Shown: in pieces, positions 54,401 to 64,000 of the stretch | How the letters are laid out: every line of letters begins with the position of its first letter | Position numbering within the stretch: the stretch's first letter is position 1 | Assembly: GCA_002269645.1 (NCBI GenBank) | Contig: NIVC01002358.1 | Location: forward strand, 1 to 64,000 | Source of the DNA: Macrostomum lignano | Lineage: Eukaryota | Direction of reading: 5' to 3' | Length of the DNA: 64,000 nucleotides | The notes under the pieces: model-generated | Database searches by the model: none | Seen by the model: the letters and a program-made list of their open reading frames with translations, nothing else | Told to the model about the DNA's origin: nothing | Position numbers and translations under genes: made by a program

Positions 54401-57400
54401 CGAGTAGACTAAGGTAGAGTAGATCGGTTCCGAGTAGATTAAGGAAGAGTAGATGGGTTCCGAGTAGATTTAAGGTAGAGTAGATCGGTTCCGAGTAGAC
54501 TAAGGTAGAGTAGATCGGTTCCGAGTAGATTAAGGTAGAGTAGATGGGTTCCGAGAAGATTAAGGTAGAGAAGTTCAGTTGCGAGTAGATTAAAGTAGAG
54601 TAGATCGATTATAAGTAGATTAAGGTAAAGTAGATCAGTTGCGAGTAGATTAAGGTAGAGTAGATCGGTTCCGAGTAGATTAAGGTAGAGTAGATCGGTT
54701 CCGAGTAGACTAAGGTAGAGTAGATCGGTTCCGAGTAGATTAAGGTAGAGTAGATGGGTTCCGAGAAGATTAAGGTAGAGAAGTTCAGTTGCGAGTAGAT
54801 TAAAGTAGAGTAGATCGATTCCGAGTAGACTAAGGTAGAGTAGATCGATTCCGAGTAGACTAAGGTAGAGTAGATTGAATGAGAATTCTCGTTCCGGTCT
54901 GTGTCCTGTCCTTTTTTAAACCTTGCTTCAGCCAATTATTTAAATTGACAATCTCCAGAAGCAGAATAGCTCGTAATCGTTACTTTATTTTTTTACGGCA
55001 GAAGATACTAATTTTCTATACATATCGGCTCCTCTTTAGTGGCGGCCTCAGCAACTACTTATTCGTGGCCAGCCTGGCCGACTCGGTGCAGCCGCAGGCG
55101 GGCCAGCCCAACAGGGTGCTGATTCGAGTGTTCGGCGAGATTCTCAGCAACAACGCCGAGTCGGTGGTGCTGGACTCCGTCATCTTCGCCCTGCTGTCCG
55201 AGAAGCGCATGGGCCCGCATCTGTACGGCGTCTTCAAAGGCGGCCGAATCGAGGAGTTCGTGGCCAACTCGGCGCCTTTGCGTCGGCAGCAGATGGCCGA
55301 GCCGCTGATCCACGGCATCATCTCCAAGCACCTGGCCAGGCTGCACCGCCTGGAGATGCCGCTGTCCAAGGAGCCGCGGTTCGTGTTCAAGATGATGCAG
55401 TCCTGGCTGCGCAGCGTGGAGGAGGTTGTCAGCGGCAAGACGACCGGGAGGAGCCGCCGCCACGGCCGGGCTTCAATGCCACCCCGGTGGCCCGCTTCCT
55501 GCGGGACTTCCGGGTGCATGAGGAGATCGACTGGCTCAGGTGGGGGAGCAGGCGGCAAGGGATGGGTATCAGTGTAGAAGTGGAGAAGTAGAGGGGATTC
55601 AACAGGGACTGCAAAACTAGAAACAGAGAGGGAGAAGCAGAGATGGAGAAGCAGAGGGGGAGAAGCAGAGGGGGAGAAGCAGAGATGGAGAAGCAGAGAT
55701 GGAGAAGCAAAGATGGAGAAGCAGAGGGGGAGAAGCAGAGAGGGGGAGAAGCAGAGGGGGAGAAGCAGAGAGGGGGAGAAGCAGAGAGGGGAGAAGCAGA
55801 GAGGGGGAGAAGCAGAGAGGGGGAGAAGCAGAGGGGGGAAGCAGAGAGGGGGAGAAGCAGAGGGGGAGAAGCAGAGGGGGAGAAGCAGAGAGGGGGAGAA
55901 GCAGAGAGGGGGAGAAGCAGAGGGGGAGAAGCAGAGGGGGAGAAGCAGAGGGGGAGAAGCAGAGAGGGGAGAAGCAGAGGGGGAGAAGCAGAGAGAGAGG
56001 AGAACAGAGGGGAGAAGCAGAGGGGGAGAAGCAGAGGGGAGAAGCAGAGAGGGGGAGAAGCAGAGGGGGAGAAGCAGAGAGAGAGGAGAACAGAGGGGGA
56101 GAAGCAGAGGGGGAGAAGCAGAGAGGGGGAGAAGCAGAGAGGGGGAGAACAGAGGGGGAGAACAGAGGGGGAGAAGCAGAGGGGGAGAAGCAGAGAGGGG
56201 GAGAAGCAGAGAGGGGGAGAAGCAGAGAGAGAGGAGAACAGAGGGGGAGAAGCAGAGAGGGGGAGAAGCAGAGAGAGAGGAGAACAGAGGGGGAGAAGCA
56301 GAGAGAGAGGAGAACAGAGGGGGAGAAGCAGAGGGGGAGAAGCAGAGAGGGGGAGAAGCAGAGAGAGAGGAGAACAGAGGGGGAGAAGCAGAGGGGGAGA
56401 AGCAGAGAGGGGGAGAAGCAGAGAGGGGGAGAAGCAGAGAGAGAGGAGAACAGAGGGGGAGAAGCAGAGAGGGGGAGAAGCAGAGGGGGATAAACAGAGA
56501 GAGGGGAGAAGCAAAGAGCAGAAGAAACATGAAAGAAACGCGGGGAAAAGCTCAAGATGTAACCAGTTTGGAATGAATGAATGTTCAATTAAAGTAAAAG
56601 TATCGGTATATTCTAGGCGAAAATACTACTAAATTAAGTAGTTAAAATGGCAGCTCTCAAATTAGTATATGGATTTCACTAAACCATTTTATTAAAAATA
56701 CCCTAATAACCGACTTGGTCTTTCAGAGACGCCTTCTACAATCAGCTGAGTTCGCCAGTGGTGTTCTGTCACAACGACTTGCAGGAGAGTGAGTGGAGCT
56801 CAACATTTTCATTCCAGTGTGTAAAATAGTAAATGCGTCTTTAATAGGAATAAGAATCACCCCTTTCCTCCCCTTAGAAATCGCCCCTAACTTCCTCATG
56901 GGAATTGCCCCTAACTTCCTCATGGGAATTGCCCCCAACTTCCTCATGAGAATTCCCCTAACTTTCTCATGGGAATCGCCCCTAACTTCCTCATGGGAAT
57001 CTCCCCTAACTTCCTCATGGGAATCTCCCCTAACTTCCTCATGGGAATTGCCCCTAACTTCCTCATGGGAATTGCCCCTAACTTCCTCATGGGAATTGCC
57101 CCTAACTTCCTCATGGGAATCTCCCCTAACTTCCTCATGGGAATTGCCCCCAACTTCCTCATGAGAATTCCCCTAACTTTCTCATGGGAATCTCCCCTAA
57201 CTTCCTCATGGGAATCTCCACTAACTTCCTCATGGGAATCTCCAATAACTATTCCCTGAACACTCACATAGTAGACTAGACTCCGTACATGCGTATGCTG
57301 TGACTCTCCCGCAGACAACATCCTGAAGTTCGACAACGCCTCCAGACAGCACGGCTTCAGCCTGCAGCTGATCGACTTCGAGTACTGCAGCTACAACTGG

Positions 57401-58158
57401 CGCGCCTTCGACATTGGCAACTTCTTCAACGAGTGGACGCTCGACTATACGCCGAGCGAGTGGCCGTACTTCTCCTATCACCCAGACTGCTACCCCAGCC
57501 GGAGGCCCAGCTGACCTTCTGGCGCTCCTACCTGCGCTGGTACAGCGAGCCCGAGATCGACCACAAGGTGCCCCTGTTCCCCACGCAGGAGAGCAGCGAC
57601 TGTCGCGACGTCGCAGGCGCTGACACAGTCGCCGACGACGTTGAGGTCGCAACGGCGCCGGAGACTAACAACGCCGTCGCCGGTAGCGAAGCGGACGCGG
57701 CGCTACTGCTGGAGGCCAAATACGGCGCGTTGATGTCGCATTTCTTCTGGTCAGTCTGGTCCCTGCTGCAGGCCTCCGTATCCAGCATCCACTTCGACTT
57801 CAAGGTAAAGCACTGCAATGTGCACTAGCGCATGCCTTTGGTGCTGGCCAGCCTCCCAGATCCTCAGTTGCTGGGCCAGCCTCCCAGATCCCCAGTTGCT
57901 GGGCCAGCCTCCCAGATCCCCAGTTGCTGGGCCAGCCTCCCAGATCCCCAGTTGCTGGGCCAGCCTCCCAGATCCTCCGTTGCTGGGCCAGCCTCCCAGA
58001 TCCTCAGTTGCTAAGGTCACCGTGACCCTGTACACCGAAATGAATGTCAGAAGCCCCCCGCCGCTGTCTCGCAGGAATACGCCCAGTTGCGCTTCCGTCT
58101 CTACGCTAAGCTAAAAGAGGAGATTACAGGCAAACCCAGCGGCCTGCCGGTACAGTGA
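51480..58158 (+). CDS. Choline/ethanolamine kinase; alternative 5' exons 51480-51706 or 53745-53854, then 55040-55539, 56727-56788, 57315-57804, 58075-58158; two apparent single-base deletions (~55440, ~57503)
   Basis: S|GGLSN ATP loop, [22 protein letters not shown], Brenner motif [11 protein letters not shown]|NNIL, choline-kinase motif [23 protein letters not shown]. Confidence 0.9.
52205..52975. repeat. ~32-bp tandem repeat (gagaaaacaggggaaaagcggacacaggctgt)
   Basis: Directly visible; lies between the two alternative kinase exons. Confidence 0.9.
53905..54875. repeat. 30-bp tandem repeat (aggtagagtagatcggttccgagtagatta)
   Basis: Directly visible; intronic. Confidence 0.95.
55620..56520. 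repeat. Purine-only-like minisatellite (gagaagcagagggg variants)
   Basis: Directly visible; intronic. Confidence 0.9.
56875..57245. repeat. 24-bp tandem repeat (gggaattgcccctaacttcctcat)
   Basis: Directly visible; intronic. Confidence 0.9.
57843..58012. repeat. 28-bp tandem repeat (gctgggccagcctcccagatccccagtt)
   Basis: Directly visible; intronic. Confidence 0.9.
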
Positions 58159-59019
58159 CTGAACGGCAACGCCAGTATATGGATGGAGAATCTGCCGCCG
58201 AGCTGCACACGTCACTGTGGGCCTGATGCGGCTTGTACTTTACAACATGTCAGTTTTGCCTATCTCTTGCGCTGCCGCTGCACTGCACCAAATGCTTTAA
58301 AGATTGGCTTGACCTGCTGGTAATTTGATGACTAACAAAGAAAATCTTAATTCAGATTTCGTATTAGCGTGCGTGTGCAATATGCTTACTCAAAGCTCCA
58401 GCTTTTCACTTATAAGCAAAATATTCCTTGTGTTTACTTAGTAGCACTTGGTTTTGTTTAAATCTCAATTTTTTCAACTGCTTCTGGTATTTATTTGACA
58501 ATGCTAGCGCTGAATTGAGTATCGATCTTGTAAGTGTAGCTTTGTGCTTAGGAGAATTTTCTGCCATTTTTTGAGATTCTAAACAAATACCCAAATGTAA
58601 TCCATGCAATTTATTTTTTTTGCACCTATCTTAACATCTTCATCTAAAATATATTGATTCTATATACACAGGTCAGAGTCGAACCCAGTTTTATTTTTGT
58701 TTATTTCGGTTTAGTGTGATCTAATCTAAAATATAAGCAAAAGAAAGCGAACAAGAACTGCACTGTTGTTTGTTACTCGTGTTTGAATGTTGAGGCGCGG
58801 CCTCAAAGAAGCACAATAGGCCGTGCGATACCAATTATTTTATAATTTACGACTGAGAGGTGAAAAATTTGCGACGGGCTTTTAAAGCAAACATTTTCAG
58901 ACACTACTAGTAGTAGACTACTGCGTTATTTGCTTGTCTCCATCTACCGACAATTTCGAAACTGCGTATATTCTATGGGAGACGGGCAGATTATGGATTT
59001 TATGTATCAGTATTCGCTT

Positions 59020-59775
59020 AGACGCGAGGTGTAGGGCAGACATTCAAATCAATAAGTCAATCTCCTCTCCCCCACATGCGTACATCAATTCAAATAGAGC
59101 GATAAAGTGAGTTCATGAGGGGACGGGTAGGAAAAGACGCGAGGTGTAGGGCCAGACCTCAAAATCGATAAGTCAACCTCTTCTCCGCCACTGCGTACAT
59201 CAATTCAAATAGAGCGATAAAGTGAGTGCATGCGGGGACGGGAAGGAAAAGACGCAAGGTGTAAGGCAGACCTTAAAATCGATAAGTCAACCTCCTCTCC
59301 CCCACATGCGTACATCAATTCAGATACAGCGATAGTGAGTGCATGCGGGGACGGGAAGGAAAAGACGCGAGGTGTAAGGCAGACCTTAAAATCGATAAGT
59401 CAACCTCCTCTCCCCCACATGCGTACATCAATTCAGATACAGCGATAGTGAGTGCATGCGGGGACGGGAAGGAAAAGACGCGAGGTGTAAGGCAGACCTT
59501 AAAATCGATAAGTCAACCTCCTCTCCCCCACATGCGTACATCAATTCAGATACAGCGATAGTGAGTGCATGCGGGGACGGGAAGGAAAAGACGCAAGGTG
59601 TAAGGCAGACCTTAAAATCGATAAGTCAACCTCCTCTCCCCCACATGCGTACATCAATTCAGATACAGCGATAGTGAGTGCATGCGGGGACGGGAAGGAA
59701 AAGACGCGAGGTGTAAGGCAGACCTTAAAATCGATAAGTCAACCTCCTTTCCGCCACTGCGTACATTCATTCAGA
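59020..59775. repeat. 113-bp tandem repeat, ~6.5 copies, intergenic
   Basis: Near-identical ORFs at 59230, 59343, 59456 and 59569 give a 113-bp period; the outer units are diverged. Confidence 0.9.
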
Positions 59776-60469
59776 GAACGATAAAGTGGGCCTATCCAAG
59801 AGTGACATGAACTGGCAAGGGCGTGTGTGAGGAGAGGGCGGTAATTGTATTTATCTTTGGCTTAGTTTCGCAAGTGTTGGTTGATAGAGAGGCCTCTCAA
59901 TTTTACTCAATTTTTCTTGCCCTTTCATCAGATACTACTACACACTACTACAACGTACATGTAAAGCTTTGCATATCGAAAAAGCCTAAGATATATTGTA
60001 TGATAATGAACTAGTAAAGCATTAGGCTTAAACAGGTGTAGCATTCAAACTGTGGAAGAGTTGCGAGAAGAATTGCCAATTTAAATGCTGAGTACAGGGG
60101 TCGCTATTAACTACAGAAGCTAAACTCAATGGTTGAAAGCCTATTTGAGGGCAGCTGCATAAAAGTTACACACATCACAGATGTCTCAAACTTAAGCAAG
60201 CACAACTCATATGTGTCGCTAAATTATGATCATTGAAAACTTTCCATAATATCACAGACACAGATTACTGTGCGACAAGACGAGCAGAATTTATGAATAT
60301 AAAAATCAAAACTAAAAACTGCATCATTAAAGAAGCTCAACTTTATAATAAACGCACAAAATTGCCTAGGTATGTGCTATGATTCCTGACCACTGATTTC
60401 CAACACCGAACCCAGCTTATGCTCGCTTTGTTTTACATGCAACACTAGGCAGGAAATCCTGTAGGAATC

Positions 60470-62776
60470 TCACACCGTGGACGTGATCTCCCCAACTGTC
60501 GGTCGCTGCTGCTCTCGGATCACCCTGAAGGAGGCTCTCGACGCCGGACTCGCTGTCACCGCCGTGTCACCCGCTGGCTGTCGAGTCGCTGGCAGCTGAC
60601 GGCGACCGCCGGCAGTGACACCGGACTGGTCGAGGACGCTGACGCGGGCCCGCTGAGCCAGCAGGGAGCGGAGCTGCTCCGTCTGCCTCTCAAAGCCGCT
60701 GGCTCGCTCCGCCAGCTCCTGGCAGCGCAGCCGAAGCCGCCGAAGCTGCAGCCGCAGTCCGCCGGCTGACTCCGAATTTGCTGAATCGGCAATCGACGAT
60801 GGCGTCGAGGAGGTCGGCCCCGCCGCCGCTAAAGTTGCCGCGGCTAGAGATTCGTCGTCCAGAGAGTCGGCATCGCTCTCCCGACTGCGGCGGCTCGTGC
60901 GCGGCCGCGCCACCAGCAGGTGCAGCGTCCAGTGCCGCTCCAGCATACGCTCGATGTCATCCGGCGACGCGGTCAGCACTGAGACGCCGTTCACCTCGAC
61001 CAGGAGATCTCCGCTTCGCAAACCGCTGTCGGCACCACCGGCGGCGCCGTCCTCGGCGACGCTATCGATGGCGGTGAGGCGGCGCAGGCGCTCCAGCAGG
61101 CGCGGATTGGCGCGAAAGACGCCGCCAAAGCCGCCGCTGTCACCGTTGACAATGCCGATAGCCGGACTTCGGCCTACGGGGCCTGAAATGGCGTCAGCGG
61201 CGTCGGAAGCGTCCTTGGCGCCTTCAGCCGCTGGCAAGCGCAGCTGAGCGGTGTAGCAGTGAATGCCCCAGCCGTGAGTGAAAGAGCGCCGGTGCAGCCG
61301 GCGGCAGATAAGTCGGCAGACGGACAGCAGCTCCATCAGCGTCGGTCGCCACCTGCTGCTATCGGTGGCTTCGAACTCCTGCTCGACCAGAGCCGCTTGG
61401 CATTGAAAGTCGCGCTTAGTGCCGGTCAACTGGCGCTGGGCGGCGAGCTCGGCGCGGGCCCGGCGCGCCATCAAATCGTCTGGTCCGGCGGCGGGTAACC
61501 TCGGCAGCTGGCGCCGGGCCGCACCCGTTGCCGATGTCGGCGTTGTCGGCGTCAACGGCGTTGTCGGCGTGGTCGGCACGTTGTTCGTCGGCGTGATCGG
61601 TGGCGAACTCTGCCGCGCAGCTATCACTCTGCGCTGAGCGACCTCACTTCGCGCGCTGCGGACGCTGCGCACGCTGCTGCGCGCGTTCGATGAATCCGCG
61701 GTCGTCTGACGACGGAACGAAGTCGCCGCCGATGCCGTGGACCTGTCGACGGCCTCCTCAGCCTCGGCGCTGCGTTTGGTCGGGGCAACTTCGGCATAAT
61801 GAGCTGATCGCGGCGCCTCGCGCGCCGACATTGGCGCTTCGGCGCCCTCAAGTCGCTGAAGGCGGCGCGCAGCACCGCGTCTTCGCGTCAACGACTCGAA
61901 GCCGCTTCTCTCCAAACCGCTGCCGCCTCCTTTGCGTAGCCGGGCGCGCAGGTCGCTGGCAGCTGCCGCCTCCGCCGGCTCGGTCGGGCGGGTCAGCAGC
62001 GCGCGCTCGTACAGCTCGCGGTTCTCCGCCCGCAGGCGCTGCAGATCGCGGAAACTGTCGCGCAGGCGCGCCAGCGTCTCGCTACCGCCTCCCCCGCCTT
62101 TTTGTTCCGGTGGCTTCTGTGACGGCGGGTGCTGCTGTGGTGTCGGCGGCTTCGGCGACTGCACCGGCTGTTGAGCAGCTGGTTCTCCAGTGCGTCCAGT
62201 TCGCTTCAAATGAATCTCCAAGTCCTTCCTGGCCTGCTGGATGACCAGCGGACAGTCGTCCGGGTCTAGCTGGCGCAGCTCGCGGCCCTCGGCGTCCCGC
62301 TCCGTCAGGACGAACTCCGCCGACTGACTGGCCGCCTTGGCGCCGTAGGAGGCCAACAGCAGCTGCAGCACCTGGCCAGCGGTTGTCCGCCTGGACACGA
62401 ACAGCGACTTGCAGTAGCCGCCAGGCATCAAGCAGGCGGCGTCGTGGATTTTCACCAGGCCGCCGGAGCGCATGTGCATCACCAGGGGGCTCGGCTTGCC
62501 GCCATTGCTGCTTTTCTTGTTTCTGGATAGAAGCAGCTGTGGGAGCAGCTTGGCATCATCCGGGAGGCCGCCGCCGCCGCCGCCTCCGGGATCCAGAGTG
62601 AAGTAGTACAGGCTGGGGTCCCTGGCGGCCATCCCGTGCCTGGCCAGCACCAGCCTGGCCAGATCCCTGGCAGTCATGCTCGGCTCGATCGCGAATTCCT
62701 CCGGCTGGGAGGCGCCGCTGGCAAAGCTGGACTGGACTCGAACCCGCGCCGTCGGCGGCTGCTCCGCTGTTGGCAT
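60470..62776 (-). CDS. Scaffold protein with two Ras-association-like domains, coiled coil, PDZ domain and C-terminal PDZ-binding motif (-STV)
   Basis: RA-like blocks (EPSMTARDLARLVL; KSLFVSRRTTAGQVLQLLL...LDPDDCPL); PDZ (SGLRSGDLLVEVNGVSV); ends EITSTV*. Single exon seen, ATG at 62776; a further upstream exon is possible. Confidence 0.7.
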   Translation of the reverse strand: MPTAEQPPTARVRVQSSFASGASQPEEFAIEPSMTARDLARLVLARHGMAARDPSLYYFTLDPGGGGGGGLPDDAKLLPQLLLSRNKKSSNGGKPSPLVMHMRSGGLVKIHDAACLMPGGYCKSLFVSRRTTAGQVLQLLLASYGAKAASQSAEFVLTERDAEGRELRQLDPDDCPLVIQQARKDLEIHLKRTGRTGEPAAQQPVQSPKPPTPQQHPPSQKPPEQKGGGGGSETLARLRDSFRDLQRLRAENRELYERALLTRPTEPAEAAAASDLRARLRKGGGSGLERSGFESLTRRRGAARRLQRLEGAEAPMSAREAPRSAHYAEVAPTKRSAEAEEAVDRSTASAATSFRRQTTADSSNARSSVRSVRSARSEVAQRRVIAARQSSPPITPTNNVPTTPTTPLTPTTPTSATGAARRQLPRLPAAGPDDLMARRARAELAAQRQLTGTKRDFQCQAALVEQEFEATDSSRWRPTLMELLSVCRLICRRLHRRSFTHGWGIHCYTAQLRLPAAEGAKDASDAADAISGPVGRSPAIGIVNGDSGGFGGVFRANPRLLERLRRLTAIDSVAEDGAAGGADSGLRSGDLLVEVNGVSVLTASPDDIERMLERHWTLHLLVARPRTSRRSRESDADSLDDESLAAATLAAAGPTSSTPSSIADSANSESAGGLRLQLRRLRLRCQELAERASGFERQTEQLRSLLAQRARVSVLDQSGVTAGGRRQLPATRQPAGDTAVTASPASRASFRVIREQQRPTVGEITSTV

Positions 62777-64000
62777 TGTCGAGCGCGTCTGCAGTAGCTG
62801 GCCGGCCAAACTGCTTCAGGCAGTGTCTGCTGAGACCCGCAGGTGAGCGCAGGAGAGCATTAATAGCTAATGGAAATTGCACACCCGCTGCCTCCTAAGG
62901 TAGCTGCGCTGTGCGCCTTCGCCTCTTTCTGTCTGTCGCTTCCCTCCCCTCTCTCTCTCCCACTCTCTGCATAGGGCGTACAGCGCGAACCCGAACCCTT
63001 CCTGGCGAATGCCGACTCCATACTGACCAAAATGCGCTGCTTTGTGCAGCAGTATATGCTTTTCATTTTTCTTTACTGTCCCCACACTCTGTCCGCCCCT
63101 CTCTCTCTGTGCTGGGCACGCAACCACTGGGTGCCAGAGAGGCAGAGTTAGGTTTGCCTGCACTTGGCGAGCGAAAGAAGAAAGCTGAAAGGAGAGACGA
63201 GAGATAGAGAGACGCGCACTTGGGCCTCTAACTTGAATTGACACGATGAATAAAATGTCTGAAAGCGACGGAATGAGCAAGATTAAACGAATTGAAAGAA
63301 GAATTGGTTTAAAGAGAGACCAGGAAATGACCTGGATGATCGAGGATGGACCATAAGAAAACAAAGGACCAAAGAGTGGTCTACTAATGTAACCAATACG
63401 AGCTACCTAAAAATAGGCACGCTGGCCATTGAAAAATGGCATCACCAAGAGATAAACGGCAAAATGAAGACGAGGCCTCACACATTGCTCTTGCTCAAAT
63501 GAACAAATCAAGTTTAAAACTAAGTCTTGATATGCAGAAAGTTCTCAGTTCAGAATTAGATTGAAGTGGCCGCTGGAATGTGCTCGAGTCAATACGCCAA
63601 AATCTATGTTTGTCTTCAAGAACTGATGGGTTTGCCCGCCCTCAGAGATAGACAGCAGAGATAAGTTAGTTAAACACAATGAGCGATACAGACAGACAGT
63701 TTGACTGAACCATGTAGCTTGCAGACCTATCTATATATTTTATTATAAACCCAATGAGCAACGTTTTAAAAGAATACTAAAGCAAGCAAGCACTTTGGAG
63801 CATCATAAATTATCATAAATCAAGTGGGCAAGAATTCGCAGATGAAGGCTGTATCTACTTCTTCAGCTCCGCCGCTGTCGTTTCTCCAGCTCCAAAGCTT
63901 CGTCCACAGCCGCCTCGAACAGCTGCGAGTGCGGAATCGGCCTGGAAGTCTGGAATCCCCATTTGGGATAAACGTGGGCCAGCACAGGGCTGATTGCCCT

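Noticed and set aside
55055-56632. Long Leu/Ser/Pro- or Glu/Arg/Gly-rich ORFs
   Set aside because: Translations of an intronic purine minisatellite.
55430-57520. Choline kinase as a pseudogene
   Set aside because: Both frameshifts are single-base losses in short homopolymers while all catalytic motifs and splice sites are intact; assembly error is more likely, though unproven.
59020-59775. Regular repeats resembling a CRISPR array or tandem small genes
   Set aside because: Whole 113-bp units are near-identical, with no unique spacers and no cas genes, in a eukaryotic context.

Overview
Eukaryotic (metazoan) genomic DNA with GT-AG introns and GC-rich, poly-Ala/poly-Gln exons; the style suggests a flatworm such as Macrostomum, but that is inference only. 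Host genes reconstructed by hand: DNAI7/CASC1-like, an aquaglyceroporin, a gustatory-receptor-like (7tm_7) channel with a very long N-terminus, calcineurin B, a FAM181/YAP-type omega-loop exon, ANKRD6/Diversin-like, a choline/ethanolamine kinase with two alternative 5' coding exons, and an RA-RA-PDZ scaffold. About 16 different tandem-repeat arrays occur, mostly in introns. The standout is a very young 9.39-kb element at 30816-40207 with ~880-bp near-identical TIRs (ACTACT...AGTAGT) and a perfect 6-bp TSD (TTTGGT). It encodes a ~1,270-aa protein-primed PolB split by six spliceosomal introns, three of them in or directly at polymerase motifs A, B and C, plus a tandem PC4-like protein and one orphan gene. 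I see no integrase, capsid proteins or packaging ATPase, so it looks like a minimal, intron-bearing Polinton/Maverick derivative. All splice sites, alignments and family calls were made by eye, without database searches.
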